Positions 38,962 through 48,810 of a stretch of 64,000 nt of DNA are shown piece after piece. The first letter of the stretch is position 1. Each line of letters starts with the position of its first letter. The stretch is from assembly GCA_943841495.1 (NCBI GenBank), contig CALSYL010000003.1:208915-272914 (forward strand), in the 5' to 3' direction. This stretch comes from an uncultured bacterium (GTDB taxonomy: Bacteria; Fidelibacterota; Marinisomatia; Marinisomatales; Marinisomataceae). The translations under genes and the position numbers were made by a program. The notes under the pieces were generated by a model that saw only the letters and a list, made by a program, of their open reading frames with translations, ran no database searches and was not told where the DNA came from.

Positions 38962-39657
38962 ATGCTTCAAGATTATTTTTCTAAATCAAAATCATTATTT
39001 TATAGCCTTCTCATTACATTACCTTTATTTCTGATATATGAAATGGGTATTTTTTTTATGTTTCAAACAGGTATTTCTTTCGCAAAAAATGGAGGCGATG
39101 TTTTAATTGAAGAATTTATTAAAATGCTTGGATTAAACGGATACTATGCTGCAAGTTCAATATTTATTGCTGTATTATTTTTTATTTTAATTTCTCAAAG
39201 AAAAAATTTCAAAACATTTAACATTAACTATAATTATTTATTTTTTATGACGATAGAATCTTTAGCTTATGCATATGTATTATTATTTTTTTTAAAAAAT
39301 ATTTATCTATTTCAAGGTGAAAATTTTAATTGGTTGAGCAATTTCATTTTATCTATTGGTGCAGGTTTATATGAGGAGTTAATATTCAGATTTCTATTGA
39401 TATTCATTCTTGCAAAAAGCATATCATTTATTTTAAAAACAAAAGAGTTTTCTTCATTAATACTATCTATTGTAGCTAGTTCAATTCTTTTTTCAACGTT
39501 TCACTATATTGGTGAAGAGTCATTTACCCCCATCTCTTTCACATTAAGATTTTTAGCTGGTATTTACTTATCTACAATTTATATTAATCGAGGATTTGGG
39601 ATAGTTGCATTAACTCATGCATTTTATGATTTATTTGTTATTTTTCGTTTAACTTAG
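38962..39657 (+). CDS. CPBP-family (CAAX/Abi) intramembrane glutamic protease
   Basis: GLYEELIFRFLL (EExxxR), FSTFHY and THAFYD motifs in a polytopic 231-aa ORF. Confidence 0.8.
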   Translation: MLQDYFSKSKSLFYSLLITLPLFLIYEMGIFFMFQTGISFAKNGGDVLIEEFIKMLGLNGYYAASSIFIAVLFFILISQRKNFKTFNINYNYLFFMTIESLAYAYVLLFFLKNIYLFQGENFNWLSNFILSIGAGLYEELIFRFLLIFILAKSISFILKTKEFSSLILSIVASSILFSTFHYIGEESFTPISFTLRFLAGIYLSTIYINRGFGIVALTHAFYDLFVIFRLT

Positions 39658-39660
39658 CTT

Positions 39661-40146
39661 ATGAAAAAAACATTTATTTATTTACTATTTTTCAGTCAAG
39701 TATTTGGTCAATCTGTTATTGATACATTATCTGTGACTGTCTATCCAGAATTTTCTTATCCTGGCGTTGCAATAGAATATAAATTTGATAAATCAAACAA
39801 TAACGATTTTACTTTCCCAATTCCTGCAAATATAGATTCTGTTTTATATACAATTTCTACAGATAGTTTAGAATTTGAACAAATAGTTCAGGTTGAAAAT
39901 AATTTGCTTAAAACTTTAAATAAAAACGGGAATCATACAATTTATTTGTTTTTAGATAAGTTTATAAAAGATCCAGGTCCTAGAAGATTTTCATATAATT
40001 TTGAGTCATTACAAGATATTAATACTTTAATATTAGGGGTTCAAATTCCTTTTGGATCCGAAGAGTTCCAAATCTCAGCAGAAAGTTTTGAACTTGAGAA
40101 AGTTCGCGATCAAAATGGCTTAACCTTCTTATCAGGGAATAAATAA
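39661..40146 (+). CDS. Hypothetical exported protein (probably continues into 40172-40387 after a 1-nt indel near GGG 40135-40137)
   Basis: Signal peptide MKKTFIYLLFFSQVFGQ. The downstream frame is open from 40124, and its product ends in a Pro-rich linker plus a TM anchor. Confidence 0.5.
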   Translation: MKKTFIYLLFFSQVFGQSVIDTLSVTVYPEFSYPGVAIEYKFDKSNNNDFTFPIPANIDSVLYTISTDSLEFEQIVQVENNLLKTLNKNGNHTIYLFLDKFIKDPGPRRFSYNFESLQDINTLILGVQIPFGSEEFQISAESFELEKVRDQNGLTFLSGNK

Positions 40147-40171
40147 TAATTTTAGTACTGCAAATAATTCT

Positions 40172-40387
40172 TTGATTAATTTAAAGTATTATAATCCTCA
40201 TGGAGGAACTTCTATCCAGTATGCTGCTAATATAAGTACACAAGATTCTTCTGTGCAACCTCCACCATCTGCAAGTGACAAGTTTGTCAGATACCCTTTA
40301 TTGACTTGGGAACCGATGTTAATGTTCTTTTTATTATCTTTATTTATTGTATTTATGTATGAATTTCAAAGGTCAAAAAATGATTAA
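40172..40387 (+). CDS. Hypothetical C-terminal TM-anchored fragment (likely the 3' part of the preceding gene)
   Basis: No ATG start (TTG). The frame is open upstream to 40124 and overlaps the end of the previous ORF. Contains ...VQPPPSAS... plus the TM helix MLMFFLLSLFIVFMY. Confidence 0.4.
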   Translation: MINLKYYNPHGGTSIQYAANISTQDSSVQPPPSASDKFVRYPLLTWEPMLMFFLLSLFIVFMYEFQRSKND

Positions 40388-41372
40388 AAGAAGCTTTATT
40401 ATATTTTTTACAATCATTTTTGTAATTAGTTGTGAATATAAAAGGGATGCAATCGGCGGAAATGACGACATTGTTGTGCTCGCAGCTAAAGAAGATAGAG
40501 AAAAAATTAGAAACCTTTTATCGATTATTTTTAACGAAACTATTTTAACTCCGTCTCCTGAATCTTTTTATAATATTAAGTTTGCAGATCCTGAAAGTTT
40601 TTCAGCATTAAAAACGCAAACTAACCTTGTTGTTGCCTCAATCGGCAGCTATGAATTAAACCCAGGTACTAAGCTTGCGAAGGAACTCTTAGGGGAAAAT
40701 GCTTTCAAAAAAACTCTAACAGAAGTTCCAGTAATACTTTCTAAGGATCAATTCGCAAAAAATCAATTATTTATGATTTTAAGTGGAAGCACTCCAGACC
40801 AAATTAAAGATTATTTAGTAGCCAACGATGAATTTATTAGAAATCAATTTGATGAAAACTTTTTCAGTAAACAATCTCAGTATTTTTTAGAAAATGAAAG
40901 ACAGGAAGAGCTTGAGAAAGATCTTCAACAAAAATACAATTGGAATATGAAAATACCATGGGGATGGGAGTTAATAAAAAATGATAGCGAAGAATCATTT
41001 TTTTGGATTGGACATGAATTACCTTTTAGATGGATTGCAGTTCATTGGAGAGACGGTAATTTTTTCAGCGAAGAAGAAGTCTTAGAATATGTAAAAGAAT
41101 ACCCCCAAATGTATTTTGAATCAATTAGATATAATCAAGAATATATTAATATTGAATTTAAAGATTTCAAATCTGAATCATCATACGAAGTCTCTGGTTT
41201 ATGGGAATCTATTGATGATGCTAAAGGTGGTCCATTTAGAGGATACTTATTCTATGACTATGAAAATGATAGAACATTTTATATAAGTTATCTAGTTTTT
41301 AATCCTGGTGGAAAAAAAGCATTTTATATGCGACAACTTGAGATGATTGCTAAAACAATAGATATAAACTAA
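40380..41372 (+). CDS. Hypothetical lipoprotein (possibly DUF4837-like, FCB-group type)
   Basis: MIKRSFIIFFTIIFVISC lipobox start at the ATG at 40380. 330 aa, Trp/Phe-rich C-terminal half. The family guess is from memory only. Confidence 0.55.
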   Translation: MIKRSFIIFFTIIFVISCEYKRDAIGGNDDIVVLAAKEDREKIRNLLSIIFNETILTPSPESFYNIKFADPESFSALKTQTNLVVASIGSYELNPGTKLAKELLGENAFKKTLTEVPVILSKDQFAKNQLFMILSGSTPDQIKDYLVANDEFIRNQFDENFFSKQSQYFLENERQEELEKDLQQKYNWNMKIPWGWELIKNDSEESFFWIGHELPFRWIAVHWRDGNFFSEEEVLEYVKEYPQMYFESIRYNQEYINIEFKDFKSESSYEVSGLWESIDDAKGGPFRGYLFYDYENDRTFYISYLVFNPGGKKAFYMRQLEMIAKTIDIN

Positions 41373-42082
41373 TGAAAAACTTGGTCATTCTTCCAACCTA
41401 TAATGAATCAAAGAATATTGTTAAAACAATTGATTTGATTTTTGATCAAAATATAGATGTGGATATTTTAGTTATTGATGATAATTCACCTGATAATACA
41501 GCAAGTATTGTCGAGGGATTGAAAAATAATAAAATTTTCATTTTAAAAAGAGAATCAAAGAAGGGTTTAGGGTCTGCATATGTAGATGGTTTTAAATGGT
41601 CTATAAAAAATAATTACGATAAAATTATTCAAATGGATGCAGATTTATCGCATGACCCTAATGAAATTGTACCAATGTTTAATCTTTTAGACCAATATGA
41701 TTTAGTAATTGGAAGCAGATACAAAGGTGGATTAAGAGTTATTAATTGGCCTATTCAAAGGCTTTACATTAGTTATTTTGCAAATTTATATGCTAAGATT
41801 ATTACTGGAGTACCTTTGAAAGATCTTACTGCTGGATTTAAAGCATGGAAGGTTGAAACACTAAAAAAAATTAAATACAATGAATGTTCATCTCAAGGTT
41901 ATTGCTTTCAAATAGAGACTTCATTTAGAGCTCATCAAAAAGGTTGTAAATTGGTAGAACATCCTATAGTTTTTACAGATAGAACGGTAGGTGAATCTAA
42001 AATGAGTAAAGCAGTTATGTTGGAAGCAGTATTAAAGGTTTGGCTATTTGGGTTCTGGAGATTATTTAGGTTAAAAAAATGA
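41372..42082 (+). CDS. Polyprenol-phosphate mannosyltransferase (GT2, Dpm1-like)
   Basis: VILPTYNESKNI, VIDDNSPDNT, QMDADLSHDP and GSRY motifs. 236 aa. Confidence 0.85.
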   Translation: MKNLVILPTYNESKNIVKTIDLIFDQNIDVDILVIDDNSPDNTASIVEGLKNNKIFILKRESKKGLGSAYVDGFKWSIKNNYDKIIQMDADLSHDPNEIVPMFNLLDQYDLVIGSRYKGGLRVINWPIQRLYISYFANLYAKIITGVPLKDLTAGFKAWKVETLKKIKYNECSSQGYCFQIETSFRAHQKGCKLVEHPIVFTDRTVGESKMSKAVMLEAVLKVWLFGFWRLFRLKK

Positions 42083-43023
42083 AAAAACATTATTTACCAT
42101 TTGAAAAACCTCTTAAAGATTTAGATTTTGAAATAGAAAAACTAACTATTTCTGAACCAGATTCTGAAAAATTAAATGAATTAATAAAAGAGAGAAAAGA
42201 ATTAGAAAAAAATATTTTCTCAGAGCTATCTCCTTGGGAAACTGTTCAATTAGCAAGACATCCTAATAGACCATATACGCTTGATTATATCAATGCATGG
42301 TGCGATAATTTTACTGAGCTTCATGGTGATAAAGCTTTTGCAGATGATAACGCTGTTATTGCTGGAATTGGAATGATTGAAGATACTAAAGTTGCAATCA
42401 TTGGACAGCAAAAAGGAAGAAATACTAAAGATAATATTTTTAGAAATTTTGGAATGATGAAGCCTGAAGGGTATAGGAAAGCTTTGAGGGTAATGAAGCT
42501 AGCTGAAAAGTTTAAACTACCAATTGTAACCTTAATTGATACTCCTGGAGCAGATCCGGGAATTGGTGCAGAGGAGAGAGGTCAAGGATACGCTATTGCG
42601 AACAATCTATTCGAAATGGCATCTATTAAGACTCAAATTCTGTCAGTTGTAATAGGAGAGGGTGCAAGTGGAGGAGCTTTAGGTATTGGCCTATGCGATA
42701 AGATGATTATGTTAGAGCATACTTGGTTTTCTGTTATTAGCCCTGAAGGATGCGCATCAATTTTATGGAAAGACTCTACAAAAGCTCCTGAAGCTGCTGA
42801 ATCTTTAAAGCTAACTCCAAAAGACTTAATGGAGCACAATATATGCAATATGATTGTTTATGAGCCTTCTGGGGGCGCACATAGACATTTTGATTTAACT
42901 GCATCAACATTAAAAGAAACAATATTAAATGAGCTTAATGATTTAAAGAAAAGTGTAAATAAAGATTTTCTGGAAAATAGAGTTGCAAGATATGATAAGC
43001 TTGGAACTTTTAGAGAAGATTAA
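42079..43023 (+). CDS. accA: Acetyl-CoA carboxylase carboxyltransferase alpha subunit
   Basis: WETVQLARHPNRPYTLDYI, LIDTPGADPG and IGEGASGGALGIG. 314 aa. Confidence 0.94.
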   Translation: MKKHYLPFEKPLKDLDFEIEKLTISEPDSEKLNELIKERKELEKNIFSELSPWETVQLARHPNRPYTLDYINAWCDNFTELHGDKAFADDNAVIAGIGMIEDTKVAIIGQQKGRNTKDNIFRNFGMMKPEGYRKALRVMKLAEKFKLPIVTLIDTPGADPGIGAEERGQGYAIANNLFEMASIKTQILSVVIGEGASGGALGIGLCDKMIMLEHTWFSVISPEGCASILWKDSTKAPEAAESLKLTPKDLMEHNICNMIVYEPSGGAHRHFDLTASTLKETILNELNDLKKSVNKDFLENRVARYDKLGTFRED

Positions 43024-44877
43024 TAAAAGTCGTATCTATAATCTTCAATATCTGAATTGTCTCTGAGAGCTTGTAACCAATTAGCCCATAATAGATTTTG
43101 TCTTTGGATAAGTAAGCTAAATTTAATCGATTCTTTCTTTTCTTCGAAATCATTTGAATTTATTTCATCAATTTCAATTACTTTAACAAATGCCTGACCT
43201 CTGATAGTTGGTAATGGACCAAAAGTATCACCAGCTTTAGCATTAGCTAGTGCACCTACTATAAAATTACTTTTTCCAATTGAATCAAAACTACCTATTA
43301 GGCTTGCACTAGATTCAGCTACATATTCGAAAGATTCATTTTCTTTTGCATAGCTCAGAAAGATTCATTTCTTGAGCAGAATTATCTTTGAGAGATTGTG
43401 CTAAACTTTTGATTTGTTCTTTTTTAAAGTTCGATAAAAATTCATTTTTAAGGTCATCTTTGACATCCTCAAAGCTTAAGGTTGATTCATCTGATATTGA
43501 GTCTAGGAAAAAAACACCATAAAAATTATCGTTTTTGATAGCATCTGATGTTGCACCTTCAACATTATTGAAAGCAAAATTAACTGCACTTCTAGCAACA
43601 CCGAAATCGTCAATAAAAATTGATTCTTTTCTTATTGGGCTTGATTCTTTGACTTCAAGTCCTAATGAATCAGCAAGTGCAAAAAATCCAAATTCAGTCG
43701 CTTCTAATGCAAATATGCTTGCAGTATCTTTTAATTTATTTTCAGTTCCTCTACCAGGTGTGATAGTAAGAAGAATATGAGAAGTATTTACTTGTTCAGA
43801 TTCATCTACAACTCTTTTATCATTAATTTTAATAACATGAAATCCATAGTCAGTGAGTATTGGGCCTACAATATCGCCTTTTTTACCATCAAATGAAGCA
43901 ATTTCAAATTCAGGAAGCAGTTGACCTTTGCTGTACCATCCAAGACTACCACCTCTTAATTCTTGAGGATTTGCGCTATTGCTTGGATCTTCAGTGTACA
44001 TATTAGCTAATTGAGCAAAATCTTCTCCGTTGTTTATTCTGTAGATTAAATTCTCTGCTTCAAGCTTAACTCTTAAAGTATCATTTGCATCAGAAATAAT
44101 AGGCCATTTAACATATTGCATAGAATCTTGTCTCGGGTTGATCATAGTCAGCAATATTTTTATTGTATAAGATCTAGCAGTTCATCATCTAGTTGGTCTA
44201 TTTTCAATCATTGAATTATAAAAGTCATTATCTATGGCTTTGTCAGTTATATGTAAGACCTCAAGTTTATGATTTACGAATCTTTTTTTATAATCTTTAA
44301 GAACTTCATCAGCATGAATTGCAGACGCATTAATAATGTACTGCTGAAGTTTATAGTTAGGTAAATAAACGTTTTGCATAAAATCCTCAATGGGCTTCCA
44401 ATCTATTTGATCGGGAGTTAGCACAGCATTAAGATATTTTTCCAAATCAAATCTCCCAAAAGATTGAAATGCTTCACTGTTTTGAAGAAAGGGAGGAGGA
44501 TTATTTTTCATCTGAAAAAGAACTTCTTCTTCTGACACGATAATTTTATTTTTTTCTATTTGTTCTTGAATAATTAAATCTGCAATTAATCTTTCCCAGA
44601 CTACAGCTCTAATATATTCTCTTTCTTCATCTGAAACAGGTTTTCCAGATTGAGAATCTAATCTATTAATTTCATTGGATACTAATTGGTTAAAGTCTTC
44701 AAAAAGAATTGGTTCTCCATTTAAAGAACCAACTTCATTGCCTTGTCTTTGACCAAAAATATCTGTAATACTTGCTCCACCTACAAGTCCACCGATAGCC
44801 ATACTAGTAACAAAGAGGACCAATATAGTCCACATTACTACTTGCATTCTATTTCTCATGCTGGTTATTATGCCCAT
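43020..44877 (-). pseudogene. PpiD/SurA-like periplasmic chaperone with a parvulin PPIase domain, split into three pieces
   Basis: N-terminal TM plus chaperone part (44185-44877), parvulin part GGSLGWYSKGQLLPEFE...YGFHVIKI (43336-44154), and a C-terminal part readable in a third frame (43020 to about 43365, ending ...DIEDYRYDFY). Frame changes lie near 43338-43366 and 44155-44190. Confidence 0.75.
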
Positions 44878-44974
44878 AGACAGCGAATTTATAACAGCAA
44901 CAATGTTTATGCAAACCTATTAAAAAATTTGATATTGGATAGTTTATTCCATAGAAAATAATTATTATTAAGCT

Positions 44975-47215
44975 ATGAGATATAAAATACACATTTTTAT
45001 TGCTATGTTAATAAGCAGTATTTTTGCACAAAGCGAAATATCGCTTAAGAGTGTTTTAGATGGAACTTTTAGTACAGAATCTATTGGAAGGTATACTTGG
45101 AAAAATAGTACCGACTCGTATTACTTTTCAACAAAAAGCGATAGTGGGTTAGATTTTTATAATTACAACCTTGCATCAAATGATACGACAAAAGCATTCA
45201 GTATTCCAAAAACGTTAATCGATAATTTTTCATATTCGTTTAGTCCAAATCAAAAAAAATTATTATTAAAGAAAAACTCAGTGAAGCTTTGGAGGCATTC
45301 ATCATTTGGTACGTATTATATTTATGATATAGAATCTAGCTCTTTAACTTCAGTTACTTCAAATCCAGATAGTTTGAGAAATGTTAAATTCTCTCCAGAT
45401 TCTGAAAATATAGCTTTTGTTAGAAATGATAATAATTTATACCTCTTCTCTTTGGCAACTAATTTAGAAGAGCAACTTACTTTTGATGGAAGCGATGATA
45501 TTCTAAATGGACATTTTGGATGGGTCTATGAAGAAGAATTTGGGACCTATGATTCTTATAAATGGAGCCCTAATAGCAAGCATATTGCATTTATTAGAGA
45601 AGACCAAACTTATGTTAAAAAATATCCACTAGTTGATTACGAATCTCAGTATCCTGTAGTTAAGTATATTCGCTATCCAAAGACTGGAGAAGATAATCCA
45701 GTAGTGTCAATAAGCATTTTAGATTTAGAAAATAAAGAATATAGATCAGTCAATCTTCCGCATACTGCATATTATATTCCTGACATTATTTGGCAAGATA
45801 ATTCAGAAAATTTGTTTTTTGCGACTCTTAATCGCAAACAAAATGATTGGAATTTGTATAGATATGATTTTGCTATGAATAATGGAGAGTTAATACTGAA
45901 CGATTCTAACGATTCATGGATTGATAGAGATCCATTTACAGTTCCTCAAGAAATTGGAACATGGACTACAAAAGGCGGCTTTGGTTTTGCGATCTTAGAA
46001 AATGGTGAAATTATTTGGTTATCTGAACGAGATGGATTCAATCATATTTATAGGAGCAGACCTGATGGAAGATTTATTAACCAGATTACTAGAGGAGATT
46101 GGGAAGTTAGTACAATCAATGCAATAGACTATAATAATGAGATTATCTACTTCACTGCCAAAAAAGAAACTGAAACAGAAAACCATTTATATTCAGTTCG
46201 ATTTAATGGTTCAAAGTTTAAAAGAATTACAAAAGAGAACGGTTCACATTCTGCAGCTTTCTCTCCAACTTTAAATTATTTTATTAATGGATATTCAAGC
46301 TTAACTGTTCCACCAAAAACTTTCTTAAGACAAAGTAATGGAAAAATTGTTAGAGTTTTAAAGGAAACTGATAAATCCAAGTTTGATAAACTTGGTTTAA
46401 CATATCCTCAATTAATTAATATTTTTTCAGATGATGGAACAAGATTAAATGCCTTAATCACATATCCCCACAATTTTGACCCTATGAAACAATACCCAGT
46501 AATTTTATATAATTACGGAGGTCCAGGATCACAATTGGTAATGAATCGATGGGGCGCTGGAAATCATACTCTCCATCAATTTTTTGCTAGTAGAGATTTT
46601 ATCATTTTTTCATTTGATAATAGAGGCACAGGGGGAAGAGGTAAGGCGTTTAAAGATTTAGCTTATGGAGATTATGGAAAATATTTGGTAAAAGATCATA
46701 TAGCTGCTGCAAAATATCTTCAGGGATTGACATATGTTGATGCAGAAAATATTGGAATTTGGGGTTGGAGTGGAGGTGGATATTTAACCAATATGTGTAT
46801 GACCTTAGCAAGCGATTATTACAAAGCGGGTATATCTATAGCTCCTAATGTTGAACCACTACTATACGATACAATTTGGACAGAAAGATATATGGGTCTA
46901 ATTGAAGATAATCCTGAAGGATATAAGAATGCTTCAGTATTAACACACGTTGACAAGGCAAAAGGTCATTTATTACAAATTCACGGAAATGCAGATGATA
47001 ATGTTCATCATCAACATTCATTAAAGTTAGCGAAAGCTTACGCAGAACATGGAAAAGAGATGGAAATGTTTATATATCCTAATGCTAATCACGGAATGTA
47101 TAATAATAACTTTCTAACTCAAGAAAATCCTGCAGATGGCTGGAAAAATAGATACCATTTATATAAAAAGATGACAGATTTTTTCATTGAACATCTTGTA
47201 CCTGAAACGTTCTAA
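44975..47215 (+). CDS. Dipeptidyl-peptidase IV (S9B) family serine peptidase
   Basis: Signal peptide, an N-terminal beta-propeller region (WVYEEEF), then GIWGWSGGGY nucleophile elbow, GNADDNVH and a C-terminal His. 746 aa. Confidence 0.85.
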   Translation: MRYKIHIFIAMLISSIFAQSEISLKSVLDGTFSTESIGRYTWKNSTDSYYFSTKSDSGLDFYNYNLASNDTTKAFSIPKTLIDNFSYSFSPNQKKLLLKKNSVKLWRHSSFGTYYIYDIESSSLTSVTSNPDSLRNVKFSPDSENIAFVRNDNNLYLFSLATNLEEQLTFDGSDDILNGHFGWVYEEEFGTYDSYKWSPNSKHIAFIREDQTYVKKYPLVDYESQYPVVKYIRYPKTGEDNPVVSISILDLENKEYRSVNLPHTAYYIPDIIWQDNSENLFFATLNRKQNDWNLYRYDFAMNNGELILNDSNDSWIDRDPFTVPQEIGTWTTKGGFGFAILENGEIIWLSERDGFNHIYRSRPDGRFINQITRGDWEVSTINAIDYNNEIIYFTAKKETETENHLYSVRFNGSKFKRITKENGSHSAAFSPTLNYFINGYSSLTVPPKTFLRQSNGKIVRVLKETDKSKFDKLGLTYPQLINIFSDDGTRLNALITYPHNFDPMKQYPVILYNYGGPGSQLVMNRWGAGNHTLHQFFASRDFIIFSFDNRGTGGRGKAFKDLAYGDYGKYLVKDHIAAAKYLQGLTYVDAENIGIWGWSGGGYLTNMCMTLASDYYKAGISIAPNVEPLLYDTIWTERYMGLIEDNPEGYKNASVLTHVDKAKGHLLQIHGNADDNVHHQHSLKLAKAYAEHGKEMEMFIYPNANHGMYNNNFLTQENPADGWKNRYHLYKKMTDFFIEHLVPETF

Positions 47216-48810
47216 GCTGCTTCTGATTCAAGAGCAATTTTTTGAAATTGCTGCATAGCAGTTTCATGATTTGAAGTAATATTAATTAGTTTATCAGCCC
47301 ATGGAAGATCTTCATTTTTAACTAAATTTTGTAGTCTATCAATACTATGAGTAAACATTTTAGGAAGGAAGGTTGGCGTAGGAGTTCCTCCAGTACCTTT
47401 TGCTTTTGTTTGATGTTTATAAGGATCTGGTGCTCTTAATATATAGCTTACGACCATTTTGTAATGATCTATTCTGTGTTGAATAATCCATCTAACAGCG
47501 CTGGCTAATATTTTTTTATATTTATTGTTTGACTCAATTCTTGAAAAGTAATCAGAATTTTGAAGAATATTTCTTGTTCTAACAATCATACTATGATGTG
47601 CTGGTGGTCTATATCCAACTCTGAATGATTTTAAAAGCTTTGTAAGAGAGTCTACATTAGCATCCTTAGGCAAATCACTAGCACCAACATATCCTTTTTC
47701 AAGAACGCCTTTAATAATTGAGTTGTCAACATGCTTATCTGCTATGTAAGCATGCGTATGATCACCAACCCCTGTAATCTCATCAGCAATTGGATGGTAG
47801 GAGCTATTTGCACCCGTTTGACCGTGCAAATCTGAAATAAATAAACCATTGGCTTTAAATTCTTCACTATATCTATCGCCACATTTTTCAAAAAAGAGAC
47901 CATTAGTTGAATAGATACTGCCTTGATTTCCAAAAAGCCCTTGAATAAAGATTCTAACTTCTTTGTTGTATAGTAAAGGTTCACTTACTTTCCACATTGC
48001 GTTGAATAATTGATTTGACTGCATTGTTGCTAGTTCAATCTTTTCAAGATTCTCTTTGATATCTTCATTTTCCACTGCAAATAATGCATTTTCTATCATC
48101 ATTTGAGAAGTTCGTTCCATCGCAAGATGGGTCATTCTAAAGCCTTGTTCATTTCCGTCAAAATCATGAAAAGCAACTACAGGTTTTATTGATCTTATAT
48201 AGTCAATATTTTGATTTATATCGCTGTAGTCATCTAATTCATCTTTTGGTAAAATACCAGACCTTAAAACATAATCAGCAGCATATTCAAACTCCGGTTG
48301 TTGCCCAATGATTCTAGATGAAAGTAAGAGTAAGCCAGATAGAGGCCATGGAATGAATGAACACGCTTTTTTGCTTCCATTAAAAATAGGTTCAATTTTT
48401 ACACCATTAGCGAGCCAAGAAGACCAACATCTCACATTAGCTATAAGCTCAGCTGATTCATGCGTTGGGTCTGTAATGTGATTTTGAACATCTAAAATAA
48501 ATCTATCCATCAAGGAATCGTCCAATGCTTTGACTTCTTCAAGTAATGAATTTTTACCAATCAACCCTGTCTTACCAAAATTATTTACTGTCATTTCTTC
48601 TGCTATATCAGATAGGCAAGTATAGGGAGCTGGAAGTTTCTTTAAAGTCGAATATGGGAGCGTTGAGTTTGGTTTCCAAATGAGTTCAGATGTTTTTTGT
48701 ATCAAAGAAGCATCAAAGGTTAACCCAAAAAGCTTTTCATCGAAATTGATACCATTGCCTAAATATGGAAATTTATTATCCGTATTAATTAAAATATTAG
48801 ACTTCATCAA
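47212..48810 (-). CDS. Indoleamine 2,3-dioxygenase (IDO)-family heme protein, extended form
   Basis: 532 aa. It aligns by eye to human IDO1 blocks: VRIFIQGL ~ LRIYLSGW, GQTGANSS ~ GGSAGQSS, YRPPAHHSMI ~ YMPPAHRNFL, DHYKMVVSYIL ~ YHLQIVTKYIL (proximal His449, 47464-47466), and KGTGGT is identical. Confidence 0.72.
   Translation of the reverse strand: MMKSNILINTDNKFPYLGNGINFDEKLFGLTFDASLIQKTSELIWKPNSTLPYSTLKKLPAPYTCLSDIAEEMTVNNFGKTGLIGKNSLLEEVKALDDSLMDRFILDVQNHITDPTHESAELIANVRCWSSWLANGVKIEPIFNGSKKACSFIPWPLSGLLLLSSRIIGQQPEFEYAADYVLRSGILPKDELDDYSDINQNIDYIRSIKPVVAFHDFDGNEQGFRMTHLAMERTSQMMIENALFAVENEDIKENLEKIELATMQSNQLFNAMWKVSEPLLYNKEVRIFIQGLFGNQGSIYSTNGLFFEKCGDRYSEEFKANGLFISDLHGQTGANSSYHPIADEITGVGDHTHAYIADKHVDNSIIKGVLEKGYVGASDLPKDANVDSLTKLLKSFRVGYRPPAHHSMIVRTRNILQNSDYFSRIESNNKYKKILASAVRWIIQHRIDHYKMVVSYILRAPDPYKHQTKAKGTGGTPTPTFLPKMFTHSIDRLQNLVKNEDLPWADKLINITSNHETAMQQFQKIALESEAA

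Noticed and set aside
43329-43370. A 13-nt direct repeat GAAAGATTCATTT (43329-41 and 43358-70, 29-nt period) at the ppiD-like frameshift junction, considered as a duplication that caused the break.
   Set aside because: Removing one 29-nt unit does not restore the reading frame: the frames differ by 1, and 29 nt shifts by 2. A single extra base near 43352-56 explains the break more simply. The repeat may be coincidental in AT-rich sequence.
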